64,000 nt of DNA from Eledone cirrhosa (taxonomy: Eukaryota): contig OZ024740.1 of assembly GCA_964016885.1 (NCBI GenBank), positions 221,402,001 to 221,466,000 on the forward strand, in the 5' to 3' direction. Every line of letters begins with the position of its first letter. Within the stretch, counting starts at the first letter, position 1. Below the pieces are notes generated by a model. It was not told where the DNA came from. It saw only the letters and a list, made by a program, of their open reading frames with translations, and did no database searches. Below are positions 26,009 to 41,363 of the stretch, in pieces. The translations under genes were made by a program, and so were the position numbers.

Positions 26009-26689
26009 CCGTAAATCATTCTATCCAACGTTCTAACGACTCTGCTAATTCGCCACCTTAAAGCAACTCTAAGGAGGGACAAATAACTAAAATCTATATA
26101 CTAAGGATTAGACACTGAGTTAAAAAAAAAAAGCTACTCATGTTAATTCAATACGTGAACAACAACTTCTTTTTCGTGCCAGCCACCGTCGAGACGGCGG
26201 AGCTCTCAGTCCCTGAATCGCAGTTTTCCTCAACATAATCGGAGGAAGTGGGGTCGCATCTCGCCCCATCAATGTGCCTCATGTAGTAGAGTAGCTGGTG
26301 TCGCTGACTGTTCACCACAGCAATGACTTTGTCATTTTGTCCGTGAGGCGCAGCTGAGACACACTACCTAGGCTGGGGTATAAAATCTGCCGCCTCAGCT
26401 CTCTTTCTTTTACTTTCGCTATTTAATTTTATTTAATTTGATTTTGTTTCTCTTTCTTTCTGTTTTAAAATGCTGACATTATTGAGTTGGACATTTCTGT
26501 CTTTTACTTTTAAATACAATTTCATTCCCATGAGAAAATACGATCTTTTGCTTAGAGCACAAAGGACAACTTACCGTGTAGCATTTAGTTCTCCTTTTTT
26601 ACGTTCTAATTGATTGTTCAAGGTGTGAATATATAGAGCAATGTACATATATCGAACAATAGCATTAGTTGGAATGAATTCCGTACAGG

Positions 26690-26872
26690 ATGGACCACAT
26701 GATGGTGGCCATCTCCCACAGTCACATGCTTGACTGTGGGAACCATGATCAGACAGTACTGCATGTTGTTTGGGATTGTGCCCTCAGATCTTTTCCCGGC
26801 GGCCTAGAGGCGATTCATAATGCTGCAAATGACGCCTTAGTCTGGCTCACCTATCTCAACATTCCTCTCTAA
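26690..26872 (+). pseudogene. C-terminal zinc-knuckle fragment of an Ingi/Vingi-like LINE ORF
   Basis: DCGNHDQTVLHVVWDCALRSFPGGLEAIHNAANDALVWLTYLNIPL* resembles the CxCG..QT..H+..CP...GGL..+H.A...A..WL C-terminus; clade assigned from recall. Confidence 0.6.
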
Positions 26873-26891
26873 CTATTGTGTATTATTTCAC

Positions 26892-27242
26892 ATGCTTTCC
26901 AGCATAAAGTTACGCCCCTTTATGGTCTCAGTTCAAATCCCGCCGAGGTTAACTTTGCCTTTCATCCTTACGGGGTTGATAAAATAAAGTAGCAGTAATG
27001 CACTGGGATAATTGCTGGCCTTGTGCCAATAGTAGAAACAATTATTTTACATGGTTGTGGATTGGCAATATCGGTAGAGAGTCGGACGCCATGCTTTCCA
27101 GCATAGTTACGTCCCTTTACTGACTGAGTTCAAATCCCGCCGAGATTAACTTTGCCTTTCATCCTTACGGGGTCGATAAAATAAAGTATCAATAATGTAC
27201 TGGGTAATTGTTGACCTTGTACCAAATGTAGAAACAATTATT
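26892..27242 (+). mobile_element. Head-to-tail dimer of SINE family 1
   Basis: Two cores (about 26892-27046 and 27052-27242); TTATTTYACATG at the left, middle and right junctions. Confidence 0.8.
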
Positions 27243-27399
27243 TCACATGGTTCCACATGCCAAGATTGTTATGTCATATAGCGAGATAATCATACATTTG
27301 ATCCACATGACAGGTGCAATGTGTCTGAACACGGAAGAACCGAACTCCCACTGTCATCGCCTCCATCGCTCTCGCCCTCTCCATCACTCTGTATTGGGA

Positions 27400-27672
27400 G
27401 CAAATGGGGTCCTGCGTGCTGGCCGCCCCACATCCCCAGCAGACAGAATGGAGAAGACGTTTCCCCGGAGGATTGTAAGGGAGATGCGTTGGAAGAGCCA
27501 TTCCATCTCGTGAGGCTCACGCCTTCGGCTGGCTAGCTCGGCTGGCCTATGGTCGTAAGTAGGGAGGTAGCCCCAGGGCCAAGGACACTAGAAGTCTCCA
27601 CTGTCAAGGACACGACCGCTAACCTGTCGGAGAGCGACCGGTATTTGGATGTCATACGACAAGAAGAAGACG
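27400..27672 (-). pseudogene. CRE-like RLE non-LTR retrotransposon C-terminal fragment
   Basis: Minus translation TSKYRSLSDR..VETSSVLGPGATSLLTTIG, then after a frameshift EMEWLFQRISLTILRGNVFSIL, matching the KY..ET.G..G...QR+S+.+.RGN terminus of CRE-type RLE domains. Confidence 0.7.
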
Positions 27673-28398
27673 TTCTAATTTCAAATCTCACTGAAGTTGA
27701 GTTTACTCTCCATCTTGGCGAGGTTCGAAAAAATAAATACAAGCGAAATATTCAAATCGATTTAATCGACTGTACCTTCCACCAAAGAAATCTTTGGCCT
27801 TTTAACCAAGTTAGAAATCTATATTTTGCACAGAAGAAAACAAAGCTTTTTTAGTCAATTGTTGAGTGAAAAAATCTCACTGTTGTTGTTAAATCTATTT
27901 TCAGATCTGTATTAGATAATCACAACTAAATTTAATGTAATTCAATTCGAATCAATAACAATCAGAATTCAGTTAAAATGTTCGATATTAAGTGTTTAAC
28001 ATACAGTAGAAATAAATGGACAAATGAAACATAATGGTCGGTTTGGAGACTTTTAAAACTAGTTTCTATCTTTTTCACCACTACCGGAACTGCCTCCAAT
28101 TCATATCCATTATATTCAATAACTGAATAAGCCAAGAAATTTAAAGTTAGTAATCTAATGTCAAATCTTTTAGCATACTCTCTCTCTCTCTCTCTACCCC
28201 CTCTCTCTCTACCCCCTCTCTCTCTCCCTATCTCTCTCTCTCTCTCCCGCTTATTCTCTCCTTACTTTTCTCTTCCCACTCTTTATCACACACTCTCTCC
28301 CTCTATCTATTGTTTCTGTCTTTTTCGTTTCTTTCTTTCCTTCTTTCTTTCTTCCGTTCTTTCTTTCTTTTTTACTTTCTTTCTTTCTTTCTTTTTTA

Positions 28399-28469
<71 letters not shown>

Positions 28470-29221
28470 ATTCCATCTAATAATGGTTTCATAGTTTCTA
28501 CCGTTACTTATAGAGAGCTACGGATGACCGCTCATCATTCGTTTCCCTCACTAATGTTACATTGTAATACATAGTTAATACCCTTTAATTGTAACAGCTC
28601 AGTTCACCAAGCTGATAAATAGGTGACACAACATAGAACATTACAACTGTCTCGTATGTCGTTGGCGTGCACCACTAACTTCAAAGCAATGGAAGAAGAG
28701 CAAACAAATGAGTCTCCAGAGAGCATATAATTTGCTAAAAATAGCAGCAAATCTCCCTGTAATTACACTTTAGCGTATTGAAAAAGAGTTAAATATTAAA
28801 TAATGTAGTCCTAGACCTGCCAATATCTGAGAGAACGACGAAAGTAGCATAGCTGGAACGTTTTTGATCATTTGTCTACCCCGCCAAGGTCGAGAAAACA
28901 ACGAAAACCAATCGATGTGAGTGGAAAAGAGCTTCTATTGGCTTTATTTATAAATCAATAGAGTTGACCAACCAATAATTGATAATCTCGACAAGAAGTC
29001 AAATAATTAACTCGATCGATTTAAATCAAGTGTATTATCCATTATTTAAAGATGGCTGGCCTTGTGTCTAAATTAGAAATCATTAGAAATCATTATTAAA
29101 CAACGGTTGTTTTGTTGTAGTTGATTGATTGTGTGTGTGTGTGTGGGGGGGGGGGATTCTCAATTCGTTACATCTATGGTAAAGATATCCATAGATGGTG
29201 ACGGCTAATGAAGGTCTAATA

Positions 29222-29503
29222 CAGACCTGTCAACTATCCCCGGCAGACGGGGTTGATATAGCAGCGGTAGCCGCCGTGGTTTCGCGGTAGCTGTATTATA
29301 AAGGAAACTAGATAAAGGTTTAGACGCAGCATGGTCAAATGCAACCCTGTCAACTCTCCCTGTCCGACGGGGATGTCTTCCCTTGTGAAAATGGGTATAG
29401 CTTTCATTATGTAAAATCTTCCCATCTTGCCTCATTTCTCCCCGTTTTGGGGCACTCCTTTTTATAGTACTCCCATTTGGGTTCTTAGAAGTTGGCAGGT
29501 CTG
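29222..29503. mobile_element. MITE of the same family as 8131-8319
   Basis: CAGACCTGTCAAC...GTTGGCAGGTCTG TIRs; CTAATA flanks; internal similarity to the 8131 copy in reverse orientation. Confidence 0.65.
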
Positions 29504-30164
29504 CTAATAATACAAGTTGGATTTTATAAATCTAGCATCCCCTCCGACACATTTCGTATTTACTTACATGTGTCTTAGACTTTATGCTACACGGAATCTT
29601 TCCTGGAAGAATTATTAGGTGAACTGACAGAATTGGTAGAGCGTTGGACAAGATGTTTGTGTTATTTGAGTTATCTTTTACAAGTGTTTACGGCCTGACT
29701 TCAAATCCCGCCGAGGTAAGCTTTGCCTTTCATCCTTTCTAGGTCGATAAAATAAAATACAGTTCAAGACCTAGGGGTGATTTAATCGACTTTCTTCTCT
29801 CCAAATTATTGGCCTTCTGTTTAAACTAGAAATCATTATTTCTTTTTTTAATGGCAGTAAGTCGGCAAAATCTTTAGTGGGTCGGATGAAATGCATATTT
29901 TATTACGGCATTCTAAGTTCTGGTTTCAAATCCACAGAGGTTAACTTTGCTTTTCATCCTCCCAGCGTGAATAAAATAGTATCCGGGAGCTTCCAACCGA
30001 CATGGTCGCATTCTTTAAGGGTATGTCAATATTTGTTTATAAAACTGATCTATATTATATTTTATCTGATGAAAGCGCACCATAATTTGCTTTGGTGTCC
30101 TTCAAATATGTATAATGAAATAAATATGGTTTTATAAATATAGTTTCCATTTGTTAATATATTG

Positions 30165-30730
<566 letters not shown>

Positions 30731-31117
30731 TGTATATGTGTCTTGGTGTATGATTACATTTTTATCAACGGATACATATTTCGGAATTCTTATAAGCATA
30801 CCTAACAAGTTTTGCTTGTAAAACTAGCATCAAAGTGACTTGAAGTTATAAAAGTAAGTTGGAGGTTATGTTGCGAGCTGCTATTTTATTAGGTCACTGT
30901 TATCTAGCTAACATTCATACTCAGCTGAATTTGATGAGCTGAAACCGATATAAAATCAATAAAATTAATACAATAAGATGAAGGTAGATTTTGTAAGCTA
31001 ACAATTTCGAAATTTCCTTGCGTATATTCACGTTCTGTTTCCATATTTGTCGGAGTCGATTTTTGTCTTTCATATTTCCGGGGTCATTGGAATAATTAAC
31101 TCTTATATACTGGAGTA

Positions 31118-31575
31118 CGAGGGTCGGCTGAAATGTTCATAGGTTGACTATGAAGGACTGATGCTAGAGCTGGCAAATCTTTCGTGCATTAATTTCAACT
31201 CTTCTTATAAATAACTGCATTGTTTCTTTCCAGGGACTATATGTGTGTGTGAGATAGCTCACACCTATGCAGGTTTAGCTGGCCTCCTCCGAGGTATATC
31301 TCGTTGGAGGTGTCTTGGGTGATTTAATGATAGAGACCCCAGTCCCTATCATCTCATTTCTACAGCTGAGTAAACTGGAGCAACGTGAAATAAAGTGTCT
31401 TGCTCAAGGAAACAACACCCGGTCCGAGAATTGAACTCACAACCTTTCGATTGCAAGCCCAATGCTCTAACCACTAAGTCATGCGCCTTTCAGGGACTAT
31501 GTTGGAAAATAAACTCCATTTGGTCATTCCATGAGAGTATCTTGGTCAACCTATTAATCTTTCAGCCGACCCTCG
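31118..31575. mobile_element. Tc1/mariner-type MITE interrupted by a SINE-containing insertion
   Basis: TA|CGAGGGTCGGCTGAAA...TTTCAGCCGACCCTCG|TA; internal insertion 31241-31490 bounded by CAGGGACTAT repeats. Confidence 0.8.
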
Positions 31576-31726
31576 TAGATTCAATCAACTGTAGCCTCTC
31601 CTATAACCTGTGTCAATGTAAGTACAGGGATATATATGAAATAGGATTTCGCTTCAAGAATAGCTTTATACAATATGTATAAATAAGTAAGTTTCTTTGG
31701 AGATACGAAATATTTATACACACACA

Positions 31727-31811
<85 letters not shown>

Positions 31812-32164
31812 TGGTCGTAGGAATGGTTGAGTGGTTGATAAATTTGCTGCATATTCCTGAGATCCGATTTCACTGCGTGACATCTTGGCTAAGTATCTTT
31901 ATCCGTGCCTCGTGCCAACCCAAACCTTGTGGGTGAAATTGGGTATATGAAGCTGTGAAGAAGCTTGTCGTGTAGATTGTACCTGTAATTCAAAATCAGA
32001 GTCTTGTCACGCACCGTATAATGCTGGTGCGACCTGGGAAATTAGGTTAGAGGTACAGGTCTGTAGGGAATACTCAACCACCTACTTGTTGAATATTCAG
32101 TGGATCAAGAAAATTGAATGCTCATTGATGAAACCGACGGAATTTTGATCATTTGGATTAATTC

Positions 32165-32540
32165 AATTAACCGCGTCCTCCCACTACAGCTTGTGACAAT
32201 GTAAGTTCTAGAGTAGTTGCGGTCAACTGTGCCAATTTCCTTACAACTTGTGTTAATGCAGGTTCTGGGGTAGAATCAAATAACTGCGTTCTGCCACTGT
32301 AACTTGTGTCAGTACAAGTTCTAGAGTAGTTTTAGACAATTGTGCTGATTTCCTTACATCTTGTGTCAATGTAAGTTCTTGCTTAGATTTAGATAACTGC
32401 GTCCTTCCACTATAAATTGTGTCAATGAAAGTTCTAGAGTAGTTTCTGTCAACAGTGTCGATCTCCTTACAACTTGTGTCAATATAAGTTCTGGGTTAGA
32501 TCCAGTCAACTATGTCCTTGTTATAACTTATGTCCATGTA
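32165..32540 (+). repeat. Degenerate minisatellite, unit about 57-60 bp with alternating A/B subunits
   Basis: Recurrent AACT(G)..CTTGTGTCAATGTAAGTTCT motif about 6-7 times. Confidence 0.8.
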
Positions 32541-35500
32541 AAAATTACATACAAGTATTTTTCTTTTATACTTAAAATTTCTGTTATAAGCTAACTTTGT
32601 TCCAAACGAAAGAAACCTACATTGTTAATGGAGTGGCGTTATTCCCAATCACGTTACTGTTAAATGATAGAGAATATGTCATATATGGGGGATTATTTTT
32701 TGTATATAAACATTTCATCTGCTATGTTTGACCATTTGGAATGCATATTGTCAGATTCAAGAAAACTGAGTAGAAATACGTTATCGGGCAAATCAATGGG
32801 CACATAAACATACACATATACACACACATACACACACACATATATACATATATACATACATAAAGAAAAAGAGAGCCACCCATTCATTTACAAACAAATT
32901 TATATAAATCGATATGCGCGTTTGTACGCAATGTTGAGAACATCTAACTTCAAAATCGATTCTATAATCTACCAATGGAACAAATTGATGTACCAGTAAA
33001 TTGCATTTTCCCCGTCACTCAAATAGTTTATTCAATTTTCGCTATTTATTGATGTTTATCGGCACAAAAGATAATTTCTTAAAAAATAATATTTCAAGTA
33101 ATTCGCTCCAATTTCCCCAATATTATATAACGTCTGGGGGAAGTTATCTATTCCTGGGCGGATATTTCAATCTGCCGTATTTATTTTACAAACTGTATTG
33201 TTGTCAATGTCTATTCACTTCACCAAATATATTCTCTTTAATGTTTCATATAATTTGTATAGTGTATCTCTTTCTAATTTGTTCTGCAACAAACAATTCT
33301 GTTCATGGCGTAAAAAACAAAAACAAAGAATAAAATATAACATAAAAAAATATGCGTGTTCAACTTTATTACTTTGTGAACCATATTGACCTTATTTGGT
33401 ACATAGTGACATTTGATTAAAAAAAACCCTGATGTTAATAAATGTTAAAACTGCACTCCGGTACACATTGCTTACGATGCTAAGGTAAACAGAGATGTTT
33501 GCACTTTGACATAAGTTCTTTAAGCATATTTGTGTAGCTTAAGTAAGAATGTTGCTCGGTTGTTTCATGAGAAGAAATGAAAAAAGGCTAGTAGAGATTA
33601 TAGTTTCAATGCATTATACGAATGCATGGGTATTGTTTAGTTTATAGGATAAATGTTGTTTAACTTGCAGTAAAGTTAATATGAAATTCTTGCTTGTACT
33701 CTTTTATAACTAACAGCAATGACGTTAGTAATGCTAATAGTTTATCTGGTTCATAGGTACAGTTTTTGATAACAATTATTTCTTTCATCTAAAATTAGTT
33801 CGCCATTTTATGATCGGTTACGGATATCTGTGAAGGTGCATCGAATAATGGTTTCTAATTTAGGCACAAAGCTAGTAATTTGAGTGAGGGGGGGGGGGGG
33901 GGAGAGGCAGAGAAATCAATGATATCGATCCTGGAAGGCTGAAAGGAAATGTTAACCTCAGCAGGATTTGAACTCAAAACATAGTCTGGACAAATATTGT
34001 GAAGCATTTAGTCCTATACCCTAATCGTTCTGCCAATCCATCGTTCTAGTTGGGGTTGGAGGTAGGAGAGCATCTGATAATAGAAAATAACGGCAGGAGT
34101 TTGCTTTAATGAATTCTTAAATAATTATGAGAGCCATGTGTAGGCCAAGACTAGGGAAAATGCAATAAAGGGCACCGCGTGGGATATACATCCAGATGTC
34201 CGTTTATTGCCGACATGTATTTTAGCTAAAATAAAAATTATTTTTCCAAAATAAATTCCTTTTTTACTATTTTATTTTATTTTATTTTATAAGGAAATAG
34301 ATTGTAACTGATTAAATTTTTCACAGCATTTTGCCAGTATATTGTTAATAGTTATTGATCCAAATAAAATGGAAGAGACAAGTTGAACACCACAACAATA
34401 ATATGCCATATACGGAACATAAAGCAAGCTAATCACAGCTACAACGATTTTACTTTAACCATGATGTTCTATGAATATGAAATACTTAACAGCTAAAAGC
34501 CACGTATGAATATGTTAGAATGTTAGCAGCATGTTTTCTAGTTTTTCCAATAAAGGTGAAAATAACAAGTTATTGGATTGTTTATTTAAATTATTATATC
34601 GTTACAGCAGTGATATAACACATACTTCCAAGTTGCAAATAGTCTGCATTATTTCCATGGTGACAAAAAGCTGATAGTTTTAAATATAAAGCAGTAGTGT
34701 ATCGGAGATGAAAACAAAACCGATACACCTATATAATTTAAGATAATATTATATATAATAAATATTGGTTCAGACAACATTGTATTTCATAAATATTCAT
34801 TTCAATGACATTTTATTTAATAAATCATATTAAATCCAAATGTATACTATATCTAAATATCTGTTGAGATGTACAGTATCTTGGAGATTGATTTATTTGT
34901 GCAAATGTTCAGAACAATAGGTTACTGTATAGCTCTACAGAAAAGCGTCTGGCTCAATAAAAGGCATTACCATCACAACATCCGACCGCCATAACTGCAG
35001 GGTTTGGGCAAAATCAATATTTTGTTAAGAATAAGCACATATTAACGAATGTGCACTTAATTTCTAGCATGTAAAGTGATCACATTGAGGTTAATTCGTT
35101 GGCTCAATTTTGTCATACTGGGATTACCAATGAAATGCGAGTGTTAATCTCCATATCACTGATTACAAGATGTTATTTTACTTTCAGTTTGAAGACAATT
35201 TCATTTATGTTTTTCTAATATCTTTAGCTAAGACGGCGAATTGCCAGAGTTGTTAGAACGTCGGATGGAATACTTTGCAGGACTCGTTTCGGCTCTCTGA
35301 GTTCAAATCCCGCCGAACTCAACTTTGCCTTTCATCCATTTGAGGTCGGTAAAAAAAAGTACCAGTCTAGTACTGGGGTCAATTCTTCTCTATTTCTTTC
35401 TCACTTCCATTCTCTCACTCCTTTGGAAGAAATCTGCTGTATTCAGACCTGGAGAGGAGATGGGCTCCGCCAGACTTTTAAAATGCCTTAGAAACGCTGT

Positions 35501-36461
35501 ATATGAACACGACGACTCTACGACACCCCATGCATGCCTTGCAATGTCCTTGCCAACGACACAACTCCCTATTTCCTATCCTTTAAAGTTTACTGTTTCG
35601 TACCACAAGAAATCTCACTAGCAAGACTATTCTTGAAGAGTACAAAACAGCACTATAACTACACCACCTTAAAAACTTATGTAGTTAATCTAATGCTGAT
35701 AACTTACACACCGATTAGCGTAATAGTAAATATACTATAAATATTTGAATTAGCAAACCTGTTCTTTGATATTTTCTACTAAATTATTTCAATATGTCAA
35801 GAGTTCATTTGTAGGAATTTGCGGCTAGTTGAAAAGAAGCCAATATGTGAGGTGGAATTTGGGAGCGACGTTTCTTAAGAGCAATAGTTGTATAAGTTAT
35901 GTGAATTCTTTACTTGGAAACGGAAACCACATCGCAAAGTCTGCATACGAAATTCTTATTCCATTTTCACAGGCTTTCGTTTCTTATTTTAAACTATTTT
36001 CTTCTTCTCCTTCTCCCCCACTTTCTGTCTTACAAACCATTTTAAAGTCTCTGTCGCAGACGATTATTTTTCAACCTATTCCAATCAAATTTATTGTACT
36101 TGTCTGCTTATGATACACAATATGGCCTAATTATTTATGACACCAAAGCAAGATATTTTAAAATGTTCTGTAATATGTCAGTTCATTTATTTACTTTTAT
36201 GTATGTAAAACACAGTGAAAATGTTATTGAAAGGACGAGAAACAACAAGCTTGAAAACAAAGAATGATGTTAGCTTATAACTGAGGTATTCAAGAATAAG
36301 GTTGGACATAACACAAGATGGGAAGAAAAACAAGAATAAATGCTTCCAGACAATAATAACATGTCTACAGCTGATATTTTAGGGACGTGAAGTACTTCTG
36401 TGGTACAATACATCATATTTAATAAACTACAATACAGAGAAAAAAAACACGTTAACTGATT

Positions 36462-36502
<41 letters not shown>

Positions 36503-38705
36503 TACATATATATATATAAGGTATATGTTGTACATACATGTTTTACACACACACAGATATATATATATATATAATGTCATGGTCATTTGAAACTGGCAGA
36601 GCCGATCTCTCTTTAGATGTGAACGCAGCCGGTTTCTTCAAAAGTGTGTGGGGAAACACGAGAGAGAAAGATAACGAGAAAGAAAGCAAGGAAGAGAAAA
36701 AGAGAGCGAGAAAGTAAGAGTAAGGGAGTGAGAGAGAGAAAAAGAGAGAGTGAGAGTGAGAGAGAGAGAGAGATTTTCATGTACGTAAAAGCAAGCTGCT
36801 ATAAGCCAATAAAGTATGTTTCGTACTTTACTTAGTGATAATGACTTTGCAGCCAGATATTCATGTGGGGAAAACCGAACAGGTGCAGTTACAATAAATT
36901 CTATTCTTAACATATACTGGACTAAATATTTTACTCAGTTCACAGAGTGAAATGTTTACCCGAAGACTTGTTTATATTAATAAATCATAAACTATTTAGA
37001 TATGCGAGAATTTTCTTCTGTCTATTGAAACAGTGAAAATATTCTGGTATATTAGATGCACAACACACGCGATCAGTCAGTTAATAACCTATTGGTCATT
37101 AATTCAGTACGAACAATTTCCACATATTGTTTATCTCAGGAGGAAGACTGTTTGTATATATTTACCAAACTTTGTTATTCCAATAAGTAATTGACTTAGA
37201 TATATTTCTGTGTTTTCCGAAGATATTGTGTACGTCACGATATCGATTTCTTTTGTCTAGACACAATACCGATTTTCGTCGAGAAATTATATAATCGATT
37301 GAATTATGTAATGATACTATATTTATCGAACCCGGAGGGAAGAAAGAGAAGTGAATCCCGGCGAGTCTTGACCTTGATGGCTCAAACCGAATATTGAAAA
37401 ATCCGACACCCTACCATTTTTGATAAGTTCATCACTTATGAGGTTTAAAATTTGGATTCATAGATTTTTTTGTTCACGTAAGATGTCACTATTATATTTA
37501 GAATGTATAAACACCGATTTAAGATTGGTACAGTGATCTTACGTTTTGATCCCAGGTCAGTACTTGTAGACTGGAGAGCAAACAATCGGCACCCATCTCC
37601 AGGAAATCCATCGTTGTTTTCTAGGCGCCACCGTTTCATATCTGTGTGTGTATGTGTAAGTGTGTATGTGTGTGCGTGTGTGCGTATGTGTATGTGTGAG
37701 TGTGTGTGTGAGTGAGTGTGTGTGTGTGTGTGTGCATTGCATATACACCACACAGTTACAGACACATACGAATAAGATCCACTGATTCACTGCTTCAATG
37801 CGAACAGATCACAAATCACGTTGACTGAAGCAAGCGTCAAACAATTGCTTTCGGTTGCTCAACTTCCATAGACAGAGGAGAGGCTACGTGCCTAGGGACC
37901 AGCCACTGAAGATACTTCAAAGTCTTTACATTATTAACATGAACACTACCTGCGAATTCCGAAATACATGCAAACATTTCTCTCCAATTCTCTCAAGCAT
38001 TCACTTCTAACAGTTAGTACAATGGTACACAAGACAATAATGGAGATAGCCATTAACAACAACAATCTCCAACACCTTGAATCTTTATATTTCCTTAACT
38101 CTCTTGGTTGTCATATTTCTAATGAAAGACACTGTCTACGATTTTCCAAAAAATGTCAAAGAATAATCAGGAATTTAGAGTGATGCAGTAATATAACTGA
38201 CTGTTACTATATTAAGCTTTTGTTTGGGGCATAACCGTATATAAATTTATCATGCATGGTTTTAGATAAATTTAGTTAATTTAATCCCCCAAAATTTCAG
38301 GCGGTTTGATATCAAAAGTGTTAAATAACACCGGTACGACTTTAGTAAAAGTAGATTTACTGGAGACTTTTTCCCTTACACCACCCATGAGTTATCTCTC
38401 TTCATAGAGAAATTTGGCGAAAGTAATGCCGTTACCTGCAACATAAGCAAACCTTTCTATTGTGCCTGGTACTCAACTAAGCAGGAACATCTCTGCAACT
38501 GCTATGACTCATAACCACTAAGAATCTGACATGGCTAATGCATATCCTGAACATACGATCTCAAAGGTTGGCAACTTTTCTTCAGAGTCAGAAATTATAT
38601 ATTCATAAATTGATATATATTTAAACCTACCTCATATATTTGATTTACATATGTACGTCCGTGTCTAAACACACGACGCACAAACATACACACGCTTACA
38701 GCTCC

Positions 38706-38769
<64 letters not shown>

Positions 38770-38814
38770 ATATATATATATAGATTCATATTATATATGT
38801 ATATATATATATTC

Positions 38815-38868
<54 letters not shown>

Positions 38869-38889
38869 GTATAATAAACAATACAATTT

Positions 38890-38967
38890 AATTACCTCAT
38901 TACCAGAGGTTTCCCGAATAAGACGAATACAAGAAGCGTCCTCATTCATTCGTCAGATTAGGCAATT
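38890..38967 (-). ncRNA. Type I HHR at the 3' end of the PLE
   Basis: AATTGCCTAAT-CTGACGA-(TGAATGAG..CTTATTCG stem II)-GAA-ACC(TCT)GGT-A-ATGAGGTAATT. Confidence 0.75.
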
Positions 38968-39767
38968 TAAAACATAGTGAAATATTTGAAGAATCTCCTC
39001 AAGAAAGGCAAAAGTTTAATGGGCAAAAAAAAATATAAATAAAAGTAATGCAAGAGATATATATAAAAAATAAAATAAGGAAATATAGTAAGGGTATGTG
39101 TATAAATCTGTGTATATACACCTACAAATGTACATATGTGTGCATGTACAAATGCATGTGTATAGTGCAGAAATGTGTGCGTAAGTACATACATGAGGGC
39201 AAGCATATCAGTGTATGTGTGACCACAAAAACGTATATAATATATGTTGAAAAAATAAATTGTAAGATAATAGAGTTAGCGTACATACAGACTCAGGGAC
39301 TAAGGATTGAAATATATACACATACAAGTATGAAAGCACGCGTATAAACACACACACACACGCGCAACCACATACATGCATGTGATATATACAGGGAAGG
39401 GAGTGTATCAGTCAAAGCAGTGTCAGGCTGAAGGTCGACACATATATAAAAAAATATAAAATATGAAAATGAAAAAAATAAAAAAATATATGAGAATAAA
39501 AAAATTAAATCAAAGAGAAAGTAAGAGGGAGGGGTTATCAATTATAAAGTAACACTAGAAAAAATAGAATACATACAGAGGTTCGTACACACACATATAT
39601 ATATATATAAATATATATATAAATACGTACAGACAAAAGCACATGCATGCGTACATACATACAAAAGCGCGCATACATACACACGAAGCACATATATATA
39701 TACATACATGTACATCTAATCACACGCACGCACGCACGCGACTATATATATATACACATATATATAT

Positions 39768-39828
<61 letters not shown>

Positions 39829-40277
39829 CACACACACACACACACATATATAAGTATGCAAGAAAACATAGATATAGAAACACACATATACACATACACG
39901 CGTAGATACGAATGCATTCGTATACATATACAAACACGTATACACACATATGCACACTTACACGCATACATACAATATAAAAACCAGCCGTATGAATAAA
40001 TGAGTACAAATTATACGCAAGTAAACACACATAAAAGCGGCTGAGGGACAACAGAATATATCTGGAGTTGAAAACGCAAGTGACAAGTGATATCAGGTAG
40101 TGAAAGAAGAGGGGGAAGTAAATATGTAAAATTGTGAAGATATAAAGTAAATCAAAAAGCAGGGGGGTGGGTCACTGGTGGATGTGAAGTAAAAATAAAG
40201 TTAAAAATAAAAATAAAAGTAAATAAGAAAGAGAAGTCTGTAAAGAAGGTAAGTTAAGGAAATTGAAGAAGAAGAGT

Positions 40278-41130
40278 TTATGGAGGATAAGTATCTGAAA
40301 ATGAGTTAAGTTTATATGAGCTGGAAATTAAGTGTGATTTCATGTGTGGGCAACTGGTGAAAATTTCTGTTTTTGCATTTGGGCAGGTTTTTGGTGATTT
40401 AAGCATCTGTAAAATCCAATATTTTTCACTTATGCAGAGTGCGCATCTTCTTGTTCCTCTTGCATATTCTTTAGATTGGTTCAAAATTGACCAATCTAAT
40501 TTATATTGGATACCTTGGTCTTTCAAATCCCATATTCTGCTAGCTAGAGCTGTTGTAAATCTTTTTTCAGGATGTCGGAAAGATGCGACATGTGAGTAAT
40601 AACGCGTTTTGAATTTGTCTTGTGTCATACCCACATATCGTTGGCTGGTGGCTGGTAGGTTGTTCCTAATGGTTGTCACTTTAGCCGCATATACAATGGC
40701 TTTGGTGTTGCATTTACCTTGTAATGGGCATTCACTTTTGACTCTACAGGAGCAATTTTGATGTTCTCTGTTTATTTTCTTATTGAGGATATAAGATTTA
40801 ATAGGGGAAACGCAGGAGTAGCTGATTTTGACACAGTTTCTATTGAAGATCTTATAGTATCTATGTGTTCTAGGGAAATGTTTATCTAAGAGCTCTAGGA
40901 ATTTTTTACCTGTATTAGTTTTAACTGCTAAAGAGTAGGGTGGTGTGAACCAGATTATTTTTCTTTTTCTATTATTATGTTTAAAGGAGTTAGTATTGTT
41001 GGGTATGTACTTAATCGGTTCGCTAAATCCGCTATTTTGAAGGGCTTTATTATAGTAGGGGGATCCCTTATTGAATATAGCTTCTGAGGAAAAGAGGGTG
41101 GAGATCCTACGGCTAATATTAGGGATAAGA
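40278..41130 (-). pseudogene. PLE linker and GIY-YIG endonuclease coding remnant
   Basis: The open frame extends upstream of the listed 40278-40679 ORF; IVY..YVG GIY-YIG motif, CxCx5C linker, CxxC/H residues. Confidence 0.85.
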
Positions 41131-41363
41131 TTTTTTAAAAACTATAGGAGGATGGCAAGAGCCTTTATTTATATATTTTAAATTTTCATGAGGTTTATAA
41201 GAAGTAGTAGGCAGATCTAGGTTTATATCTAGAAAATTAACATTAGAAATATTGTATTGTTTATTATACATTAAATTTAGCTCTGTAAGTTACATAGAGC
41301 ACTCTTCACTCCTATGACTTTTTCAATTTTCAACGGAAAATTCAATACATATATATATATTTA

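Larger units (their letters stand above)
38866..41250 (-). mobile_element. 5'-truncated Penelope-like element (Naiad-like): RT C-terminus, linker, GIY-YIG, long 3' UTR and terminal HHR
   Basis: Minus translation VNFLDINLD..SCHPP (frameshift near 41135) ..KRKIIWFTPPYS..DKHFP..KIFNRNCVKISYSC..CSCRVKSECPLQGKC..IVY..YVGMT..RYYSH..CALC..CPH; HHR at 38890-38967. Confidence 0.88.

Noticed and set aside
26160-26410. GC-richer segment with TATAAAA (promoter or LTR?)
   Set aside because: No second LTR, PBS or downstream gene to support it.
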